IMG/VR virus record: IMGVR_UViG_3300025096_000004
Location: 64,001 to 128,000 of that record
DNA from: a virus
DNA length: 64,000 nucleotides
Strand: one strand, 5' to 3'
In this document: in pieces, positions 18,550 to 29,800 of the stretch
How the letters are laid out: each line of letters opens with the position of its first letter
Numbering within the stretch: position 1 is the first letter of the stretch
Notes under the pieces: model-generated
Seen by the model: only the letters and a program-made list of their open reading frames with translations
Told to the model about the DNA's origin: nothing
Database searches by the model: none
Made by a program: the position numbers and the translations under genes

Positions 18550-21500
18550 AGACCTATTTAGAAAAAAAACAGTTGTATTTGATAGCTATGCTTCCGCCTC
18601 CGTTGATGCAGAATCATCTGAATTTATTTCATCATCGATCGCTGAAAATCAAACATTTTTGCCTGTTATTGATTTTGGCACCGCCTCTAATTTTGTAAAA
18701 TACGGATCTGCTGAACTTTATTATGAAAATGCAATAAAGAGAATTTATCAACGTTATCCTTATGATGGATCCTTGTCTGAAAAAAATGAATATCATTTGT
18801 CATCCTCAGCTTTAGATCGATGGATATATAACTATAAATACCCTAAGACGACTGGATACATAAATCTGGGAACGACCGGTCAATGCACTGACAATGATGA
18901 TCAGGGTTATTACCAATCTGCTCCGACATCAACAACTCCTAATAGTTGTACATCGGGCGTAAATGAATACATAAGAGTAAATGGAGGAATTCATACAGCC
19001 TCTGTTGGAATGGAAGGCACACCGCTAGCTGATGTTTATGATGACGCTGTTATATACCATACAGCGTCTAATCGAACAACTTCGCTTAGGATGAACTTTC
19101 AATCTGGTTCAACGATCGAATTTTGGCTTAAGAAAGATAGTTTTGCCCACGCTCGTAGTGAGGTTATATTTGACGCTTGGAATGGCGTTTTGTCTAGTTC
19201 TAGTGGTTATGGTCGATTAAAATTATATATGGATACCTATGGGTATACAAATCTTGGCAACAATTCGCCTTTGTTTGTTACTGTCTGCTCTTCATCTACT
19301 CCGATTGATAACACCTCTGCTGGTCGAATTGCAGTTAAAAATATTGGGAAAAATATTGGTAGCTCTGTTGCTCCTTATCCAATTGATTGGACTCACATCG
19401 CAGTTAGTTTTCTGTCTGAATCAAATGGCATGAGGGTTAAAACTTATGTTAATGGTGAAGAGAACGATGACCAACTGTTGGGTTCAATAGGATTTAATGA
19501 GGTAACTGGGGCCATTACTGCTAACATTGGGGCCCTTCGTGCTACTCCTCCATCTGATTCTGCCACGGCTAATCATGGTGCAAACGATCACGATATAATG
19601 AATGGATACGGCAAACTATCTGCATCTCTTGATGAATTTCGATATTGGAAAGTCAAAAGGACCTCTGAGGAGATCCAAAAGAATTATTGGCATCCGATTG
19701 GTGGAGGTCAAAATAAGAAGCACCCCGATGAACAATTAAGAAATTTAGGAGTTTATTTTAAATTTAACGAGGGTATCACAGGCACCTCATCTACAGATTC
19801 TGCCGTCTTGGATTATTCTGGTCGAATTGCTAATGGTAATTGGGTCGGCTTCCCCGGCTCGGTTGCAAGAAATACAGGCTCTGCATTTGTATCCGCCTCC
19901 GTGTTAACCTCTGAACCTCCCGATCCTATTATATATTCTTCTCACCCAGAAGTTGTTTCTTTATCATCAGAAATGCAAGAGTCAGGATCATTGCATGATA
20001 GAGTGAGTGGCAGTTTTTTATATGAAACTATTCCACACTGGATTCGCGAAGAGGACACCAAAGGAAACACAAAGGCTCTTTTTCAAATCATGTCAAGTTA
20101 TTTTGATACATTACATTCACAAATTACTGAATTGACAAAGTTGCAAGAAAAAAGATATTTTAATATTGACAATCCTGATTATGAGGTTCGACCAACAGAC
20201 TTTGCCAAAAAAATGCTTGATGGTCGAGGCCTGCTGGTTCCTGAGCTTTTCCCAAATACTTCTGTGTTAGAATATTTCATGCAAAGAAATGAAGATAAAA
20301 TAAAGTTTGATCATAGCATTAATGATATTAAAAATATGATCTATCAAAATATTTATAACAATTTAGAATACATTTTTAAATCCAAAGGAACCCATGAAGG
20401 TTATCGTAATTTATTGAGATGTTTTGGCATTGATGATGAAATACTTAAGTTAAATATGTATACTGACAAGGGTATTCATTACTTTAGAGATAATGTAAGA
20501 CATACTTCGGTTAAGAAAAAGTATATAAATTTTAATAGTTTAGATAAGATAGAAGCAACAGTTTATCAAACAGCATCCACCTCTGGTGGTAATACTTTTA
20601 TTGCCGGCACCAAGACGGCTTCTAGTTATGAAAGATATTCTTCATTCACTTATGAGGTTGACTTAATAGTGCCCTTTAAGGTAAAGCCCGGCCTTTCTGG
20701 ATATTATTCTATTGATTTTGTAACAGCTTCTATATTTGGCCAACATGAGGCAAAATCAACCGCATCTGACTATACATGGGGTGAAGGCCCTGTTGATGAC
20801 GCCGCATTTCAAGTTTATTTAATTCGAGAAGAAAGTAATTCTGAAAATGCTTATTTTATGCTAACCTCCTCTGTCTTGGGAGTCGAATTAAAGACTCCAA
20901 CATATTATAAGATTTATGACAACGAGCGTTGGAATTTGGCTGTTAGGATAAAACCAGAGCATTTTCCATTTGATGGAGGTGTAACTAGTCAAATAGCACC
21001 TTCTTATGTTGTGGAGTTTTATGGTATTAATTACGCACTAGACAATGTTCGCAATGAGTTTGATCTTAGTACTACAATTAGCAATGCCTTGGGTTCTGCC
21101 CTTCAACATGCCAACAAAAGGGTTTATATGGGCGCCTATCGCACCAATTTTACCGGTTCGGTGTTGCAAAAAACTGATTTGCAGATTGGATCTCTCCGTG
21201 TTTGGATGGATTATTTAGATAATAGTGTGATAAAACAACATGCATTGGATCCGTTTAATTATGGTGCATCAAAAAATGCATTTTCAAATTCTACCATGTT
21301 TACATATAATTTGAGTGGATCTCATATTCCAAAGTATGATTCTTTGGTATTATTTTGGCAATTGGACACTTTAACTGGATCTGATTCGAGTGGCTTTTTG
21401 GCTATTGATGATTTCTCAAGCGGTTCTTCTGATTCTGTATATGGTTGGGTAGATAATATTATAAGAGAAAAACACCCAGCAAAGGGCCAATATTTCCCAG

Positions 21501-24500
21501 CCTCATCAACTTCACCAATTTCAAATGAATTTATTTTTGCTAGCAGAAAGCAGCTACCTGAAGTGTCGGTATCTTATGACAGGATATTCGTCAAGGAAGA
21601 CGAAGAAAAATATTTTATTGAAGATGACGATCTAAGTGACAATTTTTATTCTCTGGAGAAGAGTTTTTATGCTAATGTTTCTGAAGAAATGTTGGACACC
21701 TTTTCAACAGTGGCTGAATTGTCAAATCTTATGGGAAAATATCAAGATCGGTATAAGAGAAATTACACCAAGATGGACCATCTTAGAAAATTGTTCTTTG
21801 AGCGGGTCGACGGCGATTTAGATTTTGACCAATTTACTTCTTATTTCAAGTGGATTGATTCTTCTATTTCGACAATAGTTAGGCAACTTGTTCCTATTTC
21901 TGCCAGAATTTCTCCTGATGTATCCAATATGATTGAAGATCATATGCTGGAAAGGAACAAATATGATAATAAATTTCCATTATTAGAGCGAGAAGTACAA
22001 GATCCTAAGTTTGGTTCCATAAAAGCAATTAACGAGTTAAATTATAATTGGAAATTTGGCCACGCTCCAATTGAAACCGTAATTCCTGAAACTGCAACCT
22101 GTTTGTTCATCGACAATCACAATCAGGTTAACTCAGTTGAATATTTAAAAACCGAATATTCAAGTTTAGACGGTGGAAATAGCACTTTGACAACATTTGC
22201 GCCAACTGATTTTACCATTTCAATGTGGTTAAATCCAAGTTCTTTGATGAGTTCCAAGGCAATAATTTTTGCTCTTCATCGCTCCAATACATTTATAAGT
22301 CCGATACAAATTGGCATAGGTTCTAATAATAAATTGTTTTTTACGACAATCTATAGTGGCGACATGATTACGTGGGAGGCTGATGCATTGCAGTGGGGAA
22401 ACCAACTCCCCTTGGATCAATGGTCACACATTTCCATAGTATTTAATGGTTCCGCCACGAATGGTGCCCAATCTGACTCAACAGTGACTTTTTATACCAA
22501 TGGGTCGCCATATTCGGGAACCATAAACAGAACTACATCTGGCGGTTCGTTCCCAACGGGCAGCCCTGATTCTTATGAAGACACTTCAGGTTGGCTTCTC
22601 GGTGTCGGCATGGCCGGCGGAGCCTTTGAATTTATTGGAAAAATTGATGATTTGGCTGTTTGGAAAACTTTGCTATCTTCATCTGAGGTATCTGCGGCCT
22701 ATAACAGCGCCACCCCGGTTGATTTGAAAACAGTTCAAGCATCTAATATTTTAGCTTGGTGGAGAATGGGAGATAGCCATCACGACACTGATCCTCCTCA
22801 ATTAACGGTGTACAATGAAATTGACTCAAATTTTCCTCTTGAGCAGATCGGAGAAGCAGGGGCAATAGAATTTCAAACTGGTGTTACAAATGTATATAGT
22901 ACAACTGTGCTAGCCTCATCGGATCCAACGTTTGATAATAGACATTGCTTGTGGTGGGATGAACGCGCCCTCCGGGACCATGATGTAACAACGAGTAATT
23001 CAACAAATGATGAACAAAGAGAAACAATAAGAAAATTAAGCACATTTGAAGTCTCTTCCTCTTCTCCTATTTTTTCTAAAACAGATAATACAATATATTC
23101 CGGCTCTGCTTATGCAATACGAAGATTCTCAAAGCCTTACAAATTGACGGCCATCGAGCAACCAGTGATCCATGCTGGAACGAATTATGATAGAAGAAAA
23201 AATCGAGATATAATCCACAATGCAGTTCACATTCATGGACCATATGCTAGCACTGGTGTTCCTTCGAACATTGTACTGGTCGGTGCCCTCGGCGGCGATG
23301 GTCTAACCAAAGAGATAGATTGTGTTGACATCGAGGAGCCAACTTTGGACTCTTCGGGGACATCTATTATTGCCAGAAAGAAGAAAAGGAATAGTGCTGC
23401 CATCATGGGGCGCGAATACGAAGATGAAAAACATACGCTTGATAGAATTCTTCCCGGTGATATGGTGTTACCATTTAATATTTATTCCTCTTCAACTGAC
23501 GGTATGGATGGGACTTATAAAGCTATACGATTTACCTATGCTAAGAATATTATTTTTACAAACTTGCATTCTGACACCTATGGAAATCAAAATGATATAG
23601 GTCTTCAAGGCCCCTTTTCAGATACTTGGGTCGGCGGCCATCAACATCGTCATGTTCCATTAAACCATCCAGATGCAAATTATATATCATACACGCCATC
23701 AAATAACCCACAGAAACCAAACCCAACAACTCCTCCTAATAATTTGGCAGACCTTCACACGAGACCAGAAGCTTGGTATATTTATCATCAATCTGCTGGA
23801 AACCTTGAGGATCCTTTGGGTAATGGCCCAGACACCGACGGTATCATTGGCGTTGTAGGTCCTGACTATGGTTTCGGATATCCATCTCCTTTTATGAAAT
23901 ATGCTTATAAATATCGTGATGAAAGGGCGAAGAGACCGTTTAATATTAGAAATATAAAAACAATCCGACCTCAGTTTGATTCAACTGGGTCCTATCTTCT
24001 TAACACCGATGGTATCCACCGCCAGTCTCATCCATATTTTCACTCATCCTCTGGTCAGAGTCATAAAATGACCGGGTCTGCTAGACTGGGGAATTTTTAT
24101 TCTAATTATGAGGTGGTTCAAACTACCGGGCGCTCTACCAACAATCTTTATCTCAGAAAAGCTTTTGGATCAGCAGATGTGGATGGTCAGGAGTCTCCAT
24201 TTTTACCAGAGGCGATGAAAAGTGCTAACTCAGAAATATATTCTGGCAACACTTTGTTAACGAACGCCACTCACTATTCTTCATTGTATGGTCGAAGACC
24301 ATCTGTGTTACACACCCAAGCAAACCATTTTTTGCGAACTCCATCTGCGGCCGAGGGCATTGGCCACTTGGGAACCAAACAGTATTGTGTTGATTTTACC
24401 CAAACACCAGACTCTGGTTTATCTATTCGGAGATTGTTTACCAACTTACATCAAATTAATGGTACGGGAATCTTGAGTGAGTTCTGTTTTTCAATGTGGT

Positions 24501-26893
24501 TTGGGGTTTCTCTTTTATCTCTGGGAAATGATAGATACACTATCTTGGCCAAATTCGGTGACAACTCTTTGGACTATACCTCTGAGGTTCATTTGTGTAG
24601 AAAATCAACAGGTGATATGGGTCTTAGAATTGTCATTGGTGGTTCAGCCTCTATTGGTGTTTGGGAGTCTACAGTTGATAATCTTGAATCTTTGGGCACC
24701 AATTGGAATCATGTTGTTATTGAGTTCACTGCAACGACTCAGGTTCCTCGGGTCTTTTTAGAGGGACAAGAAGTGGAACTGACTCAAACTCAAACACTTG
24801 ACGGTTATAATTCTGCTTATCAATCTGAAGGTCATTTATGTATGTCGGAAACAACAACTACATATAAAGTTGATATGACAAACACAACCACACTAGGCCC
24901 CACCACTTTGAGTAAATATGTTGGCTATTTGGGTGACTGTTTTATGGTATTGCATAAATCACAATCCACAGGGTTTTCAGATCGCCTCTTGAAAAGGTTT
25001 TATAATAGAGGTCACTTGTGTGACCCAACCACCTTGACCGACAGGGAGGTGTTATTTTGGTTCGGGATGGGAAGAGGCCCCTCTGATAAGCTTTTGTCGC
25101 AGGGCCCGTATGGAACCAATGTATCTGTTTATGACTCCTCTCTTCTTGAGATGGAAGATGGTATTAAAATATTCAATTTAGTTCAAAAAACAGCACCTCA
25201 TATTGATATTATTTTGGACCAACAGGGCACCGGCGGCCCTAGTGACTACAATCAAACAACTACTGAAAACTCTTTTAAAAGCCGCGACGGCATTGGCTCT
25301 GGTCCACTTCTTGTTGACAACAGCGGTTATCATTGGGAATATGCGTTTGATAAAAATCCAAGTCTTACTGGCTCTAATTCGGATTCTGTGTTTGTAAATC
25401 GATTTTCTTCTCCCGGCGGTCCGGAAGTAATGAGTCGTGGGTTTTTAGACGCCGCCGCCGGTGAATATTCTGTTTATAATGCGCTGCCTTGGAGAAATTT
25501 GAGTGTTCGAGGTTTTAAGCCAAAATCCGGCCCGGTCAATTATGGTGTAATATTTCCAATAATGGAAGATTCTGGGCCCTTTAATGGAACCAACTCTTCT
25601 CAATCTGGCATACATGTTGTTGATCATCACAATGAATTTGATGGATTGGTGGCCAGATTGGCAAGACACTCTGGAATATATGGCACTGATCCGAAAAAAG
25701 TTAGACATATTGATATAACAAACGAGAATGAGAATGCATCGTTTTTAGAAGAGCGGTTTAATATGCCATCATGGCACAAACAGCAAAGAAACATAAGTCG
25801 AGTTCCCACAACAGCCTCAACAATTTCCTCTCCGGAATTTAGAGAAATATTTGATAATGCTTATTTAAACACTCCAATTCCAAGATCCGATTTCCAATAT
25901 TCTTGGATCACAGACTCTTTGGGTCAAGACTACAATATCCACAGTGGAAAGCAACGGGTATATGGTTATACCCCTCGAAATGGAGAAGCAATTGTCAGAA
26001 CTCCCACTACCGTCAACGGAAGTTCTCATTTGCTTCAATTGTCATCAACTAACATTGGGTATAGGGTAAATCCACTTGCGGATTTAACTAAATTTTATAA
26101 TCAACAGTGGACTTTCGCCGCATGGATTCGCCCCGATTTCAGTGGCCTCTCCACTTTCCGCAATTTTCTATACAAAGTTAATATGCAGAATCCACAAGGC
26201 GCTACTATGCAGACATCGATTTATATCTCTGGCAATGTGGCAAAGTACCTGTATGTAAGAGTGCCAAGTGTTGACGGCACTTGGACTGATTGGTATATTC
26301 CTTTCGATAGTTATTATGACCAAAGGTGGCTTCATGTAGCAGTCTCTTTTGATGGTAGCGAAGAAAAAATATCTAATCCTATTTATATTTATATAAATGG
26401 TATCAAAGTGAATACCACTCAATCGGGAACTTGGGAAAACCCCTCTGTTACAACTTGGAACTTTCCTAAAGTTAATTTGTATTGCATGAATATAACTGGC
26501 AATGGGTATAACTTCGTCGGCGCCGTTGATGAGACTGTGGTTTATAATAGGGCCCTAAACAACAATGAAATAGAAAAAATCTATAATCTTGGAAAGGCTT
26601 ATGACTATAAGGACAAATCGGCGGTTTATGGTGTATCCGCGTGGTGGAGATTCGGAGATTCAAATGATTTTCAAGGAGACTCTCACAATGTGCAGGACTC
26701 TGCCGCCGATGGAAGTCAAGTTAGAGATCGATCTGGCAGTGAACTTCACCTTAAAGTAGCTAATACGGGTGTAGATATATTTCAAATAGAACAAACAAAT
26801 GTGATTGGAACCTTTGATCACAAAATAGTGGGAAAGAAGTCGCTTGTAGAAGCAATCATTTTCCCAAGCGCATCAGAGATAATAGGAGTTTAA
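18539..26893 (+). CDS. Giant (2784 aa) baseplate/tail protein with multiple LamG/concanavalin-A-like domains
   Basis: Repeated T(I/F).(F/M)W.....W.H(I/V)...F....Y.NG....(L/I)DE...(W/Y) patterns at about 19080-19850, 22190-22770, 24380-25080 and 26030-26660, plus a degenerate copy at about 20640-21220. Confidence 0.8.
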   Translation: MSIEDLFRKKTVVFDSYASASVDAESSEFISSSIAENQTFLPVIDFGTASNFVKYGSAELYYENAIKRIYQRYPYDGSLSEKNEYHLSSSALDRWIYNYKYPKTTGYINLGTTGQCTDNDDQGYYQSAPTSTTPNSCTSGVNEYIRVNGGIHTASVGMEGTPLADVYDDAVIYHTASNRTTSLRMNFQSGSTIEFWLKKDSFAHARSEVIFDAWNGVLSSSSGYGRLKLYMDTYGYTNLGNNSPLFVTVCSSSTPIDNTSAGRIAVKNIGKNIGSSVAPYPIDWTHIAVSFLSESNGMRVKTYVNGEENDDQLLGSIGFNEVTGAITANIGALRATPPSDSATANHGANDHDIMNGYGKLSASLDEFRYWKVKRTSEEIQKNYWHPIGGGQNKKHPDEQLRNLGVYFKFNEGITGTSSTDSAVLDYSGRIANGNWVGFPGSVARNTGSAFVSASVLTSEPPDPIIYSSHPEVVSLSSEMQESGSLHDRVSGSFLYETIPHWIREEDTKGNTKALFQIMSSYFDTLHSQITELTKLQEKRYFNIDNPDYEVRPTDFAKKMLDGRGLLVPELFPNTSVLEYFMQRNEDKIKFDHSINDIKNMIYQNIYNNLEYIFKSKGTHEGYRNLLRCFGIDDEILKLNMYTDKGIHYFRDNVRHTSVKKKYINFNSLDKIEATVYQTASTSGGNTFIAGTKTASSYERYSSFTYEVDLIVPFKVKPGLSGYYSIDFVTASIFGQHEAKSTASDYTWGEGPVDDAAFQVYLIREESNSENAYFMLTSSVLGVELKTPTYYKIYDNERWNLAVRIKPEHFPFDGGVTSQIAPSYVVEFYGINYALDNVRNEFDLSTTISNALGSALQHANKRVYMGAYRTNFTGSVLQKTDLQIGSLRVWMDYLDNSVIKQHALDPFNYGASKNAFSNSTMFTYNLSGSHIPKYDSLVLFWQLDTLTGSDSSGFLAIDDFSSGSSDSVYGWVDNIIREKHPAKGQYFPASSTSPISNEFIFASRKQLPEVSVSYDRIFVKEDEEKYFIEDDDLSDNFYSLEKSFYANVSEEMLDTFSTVAELSNLMGKYQDRYKRNYTKMDHLRKLFFERVDGDLDFDQFTSYFKWIDSSISTIVRQLVPISARISPDVSNMIEDHMLERNKYDNKFPLLEREVQDPKFGSIKAINELNYNWKFGHAPIETVIPETATCLFIDNHNQVNSVEYLKTEYSSLDGGNSTLTTFAPTDFTISMWLNPSSLMSSKAIIFALHRSNTFISPIQIGIGSNNKLFFTTIYSGDMITWEADALQWGNQLPLDQWSHISIVFNGSATNGAQSDSTVTFYTNGSPYSGTINRTTSGGSFPTGSPDSYEDTSGWLLGVGMAGGAFEFIGKIDDLAVWKTLLSSSEVSAAYNSATPVDLKTVQASNILAWWRMGDSHHDTDPPQLTVYNEIDSNFPLEQIGEAGAIEFQTGVTNVYSTTVLASSDPTFDNRHCLWWDERALRDHDVTTSNSTNDEQRETIRKLSTFEVSSSSPIFSKTDNTIYSGSAYAIRRFSKPYKLTAIEQPVIHAGTNYDRRKNRDIIHNAVHIHGPYASTGVPSNIVLVGALGGDGLTKEIDCVDIEEPTLDSSGTSIIARKKKRNSAAIMGREYEDEKHTLDRILPGDMVLPFNIYSSSTDGMDGTYKAIRFTYAKNIIFTNLHSDTYGNQNDIGLQGPFSDTWVGGHQHRHVPLNHPDANYISYTPSNNPQKPNPTTPPNNLADLHTRPEAWYIYHQSAGNLEDPLGNGPDTDGIIGVVGPDYGFGYPSPFMKYAYKYRDERAKRPFNIRNIKTIRPQFDSTGSYLLNTDGIHRQSHPYFHSSSGQSHKMTGSARLGNFYSNYEVVQTTGRSTNNLYLRKAFGSADVDGQESPFLPEAMKSANSEIYSGNTLLTNATHYSSLYGRRPSVLHTQANHFLRTPSAAEGIGHLGTKQYCVDFTQTPDSGLSIRRLFTNLHQINGTGILSEFCFSMWFGVSLLSLGNDRYTILAKFGDNSLDYTSEVHLCRKSTGDMGLRIVIGGSASIGVWESTVDNLESLGTNWNHVVIEFTATTQVPRVFLEGQEVELTQTQTLDGYNSAYQSEGHLCMSETTTTYKVDMTNTTTLGPTTLSKYVGYLGDCFMVLHKSQSTGFSDRLLKRFYNRGHLCDPTTLTDREVLFWFGMGRGPSDKLLSQGPYGTNVSVYDSSLLEMEDGIKIFNLVQKTAPHIDIILDQQGTGGPSDYNQTTTENSFKSRDGIGSGPLLVDNSGYHWEYAFDKNPSLTGSNSDSVFVNRFSSPGGPEVMSRGFLDAAAGEYSVYNALPWRNLSVRGFKPKSGPVNYGVIFPIMEDSGPFNGTNSSQSGIHVVDHHNEFDGLVARLARHSGIYGTDPKKVRHIDITNENENASFLEERFNMPSWHKQQRNISRVPTTASTISSPEFREIFDNAYLNTPIPRSDFQYSWITDSLGQDYNIHSGKQRVYGYTPRNGEAIVRTPTTVNGSSHLLQLSSTNIGYRVNPLADLTKFYNQQWTFAAWIRPDFSGLSTFRNFLYKVNMQNPQGATMQTSIYISGNVAKYLYVRVPSVDGTWTDWYIPFDSYYDQRWLHVAVSFDGSEEKISNPIYIYINGIKVNTTQSGTWENPSVTTWNFPKVNLYCMNITGNGYNFVGAVDETVVYNRALNNNEIEKIYNLGKAYDYKDKSAVYGVSAWWRFGDSNDFQGDSHNVQDSAADGSQVRDRSGSELHLKVANTGVDIFQIEQTNVIGTFDHKIVGKKSLVEAIIFPSASEIIGV

Positions 26894-26894
26894 G

Positions 26895-29800
26895 ATGGGA
26901 CAACCAGTAGATTTTATTGGACTAAACACGTTTATATATGAAGCGTGTGGCTATAATTCAAACAAACAAGTAACAACCGAAGGGCCGCAAAGGGAAGCCC
27001 GTCCCTTGTCTGATGGGTCGACGATTATTCATATGGAGGTGTTACAAAACCATATTGGTATCCAACCCAACCAATCAGACCTTTTCAACTATGCTGAACA
27101 AGAAATACTTAATATGATATGGTACCAGTTCTCTATACAAAATTTTCCGTTCCCACTGGAACTTCCTGATCCGACTACTGGATTGGTAGCAACCACATTA
27201 CAGGAGAAGTTGAATGCTACAGCCTCCTATTTTCCTGCTCTCATGATGCGTCGAAACGGCCCTTACGGCTGGCCTACGTGGAAACAAATTCGTTCTAGTC
27301 ACAACCCTTTGATCCGAAAACAAAGAAAAAATTCAATTTTTACATATGTCGAAGAGCCGGGAAAAGAGATACAATATTTTGGCCCAAACGGGACTCTAAC
27401 CTTGCCTCAAGCTTTTTCTGATATAAAGGTTTATGAGGAATCTGTTGTTGCTTCTAAGTTCAAACCAGTTACTATTTTGGGTTCTTTAGAATCCGAGTTT
27501 ATGCTTACAAATGCAATCAAAATATATGCCACTCTTGGAAATGAGATGATATATTTTGATAATTATCAACCAAATAGGTATTTTGGGGTATCTAGTGAAG
27601 TAAGTAAGTATTACAAAAATATTAAACAGTTATATTTGAATGGAAGACTTCAGTCCCCTGAGTCGGATTTACAATCTTTTGCTTCTTTAGAATATCGTGA
27701 AACAATATATCCTGCCATTACAAATATTTATAAAAATTATACAAGGTTTAGGCCAACATTTGATTTCCCTTGGCGCGATGATATTCGGGCTTCCATGTAC
27801 CCGGGAACTAGCCAGACTGCCGATGAATATTATAGTGCTCAAACTAGTCCAAAGATTGACAATGGTTTTGGGTTTAATGTATATTATCAAAATCGATGGC
27901 TTAAGCATACAGCATGGAATTCTGACTCTTTCAGCCCAGAAACAGACTCCAAATATTTAGTTAGCGGATCGTTCGCTGGCGCAAAATCGTTTGATGACTA
28001 TCAGAGAGTATCAGATACTAGAAAATCTTTAGACTCTTCAAGTATATTTTTTCCTCCTGTCGGCGGAGCCCGAGCATTTGGGGAATCTCTTTCAGATCCC
28101 TATTCAAGAAGACAAGCAGAGTTGACCAATTCTGCTGGCGGAGACGGCCAATTGATGAACACATATTCTCTTTTTTCTGATTGGAGGCAGGTCTCCAATA
28201 GTTCTGGTTATGCAGATTCAATTGACAATTTCTTAACAGCCTCAGCTTTCTATTCTCGATTACATGTTATACCGTCACCATATTCTATGGCCCATCCACA
28301 TGGTATGCCAATACCAGAAACGGGCTCTTATGTAGAAAATGATATCTTTTTGCCAATTGAGCAAAATTTTGGTGGATCAACCAAATGGCAAACTAACACA
28401 ACTAGAAAAGTGCTAACACCATTTTTTGGCGGCGAAGCCTTCGAGAAAAGAAACCCATTTGCCGATTCTTATTCTGATTTTTCCGAATATACAAGACTTG
28501 TTGGGAAGGATTATTCTTTGGTTCCTGAATTTAGAATCAGTAATCATGTGGAAAATTATTTAATCTCGAACGAAATTGATGGCGAAGACAACGGTATTTT
28601 CGAAATTAGCGGAGGCCTTGAGTCAACTTCTAGTTCTGACGTTACAGAATTTTATAAAATATATTCAAATTCTGATTTTATGAAGCATTTTGAGTTGGTT
28701 CGGACTGATCATTCTGGATTTATAGATCCGACTGCGATCGCGCTAAAATGTAAGATAGTTAAGAAATTTGTTCCTTATGAGGGCTTTTATCCATCACAAC
28801 GCTGCATGCAGATGGCAAAACAGTTTTATAAATCTTATGGAGATTATTTTGAAAATTTAGAATCATTTGTTTTGGAGGCAGAAGACCCAACTCAATTGAC
28901 GGGTGAATACGCCCAAGCCCAAATAAGATTATTGGGAGATTTCTTGTATCCTTATTATGAACTGACACCCGGAAAAACAACAGCTTATGGTGACAGTTAT
29001 GCAAACAACAATTATCAAGATCGAGGAAATCGCGCCCCGATAGCGAATTTGTCAACAGAGGCTTCATCTGATGGGCGATCCGTATTGGGTCCAATGGTCT
29101 GCGAATGTGGTTCACGGAACTGGACCAACGGCTCTGGTTATCATTATGATAACTCATGGAGCACGAACTTATCATATGCTTTTTATTCCCACACTGACCA
29201 GAACCCCAACAGTCCTGAACACAAATCATATAGAGACAATCATGGTTTTATATTGCAAGATGTAAATCGACTTTGTGTCTATGTACAGCTTATCGATGGT
29301 AAAATTTGGGACTTATTTACCGCAAGTGATTTTTTTCAAGATCCTTCCCTGCCTCCGGGCCAAATAAGAAACTATATGTTCCCCTTAGCTGATTATGGCG
29401 CATCCGGCAATCTCCATCGCCAACCCCTTTTGATTAAAGACACTGATCTCATTTTCGCCAATCCCAGTTGGAATTCGGACTGGAATCAATACACACTTGC
29501 TGCCACCACTGGTAACGATCATCTCCCACCAACCATGATTCCAGTTATTTGGGTTCGAGGAGATGACGACCAGACTCAAAACGATCATGTTCGTGTGGCT
29601 AAACATACTGCTCGAAACATTCGAGACGCTATCCAAGCTCTGCATAATAATTCACTTGCTAAGGATGTGGTTAATAAAGATGTGGGCCCCACTTCTAATT
29701 TACTTCATTGGTTTAATAGAGCAACAGATATTAATGGTATTGGTCTAACTTGGGAACGCCAATGGGGCTATTCGATATTTGTCCCCGGACAATCACCAAC

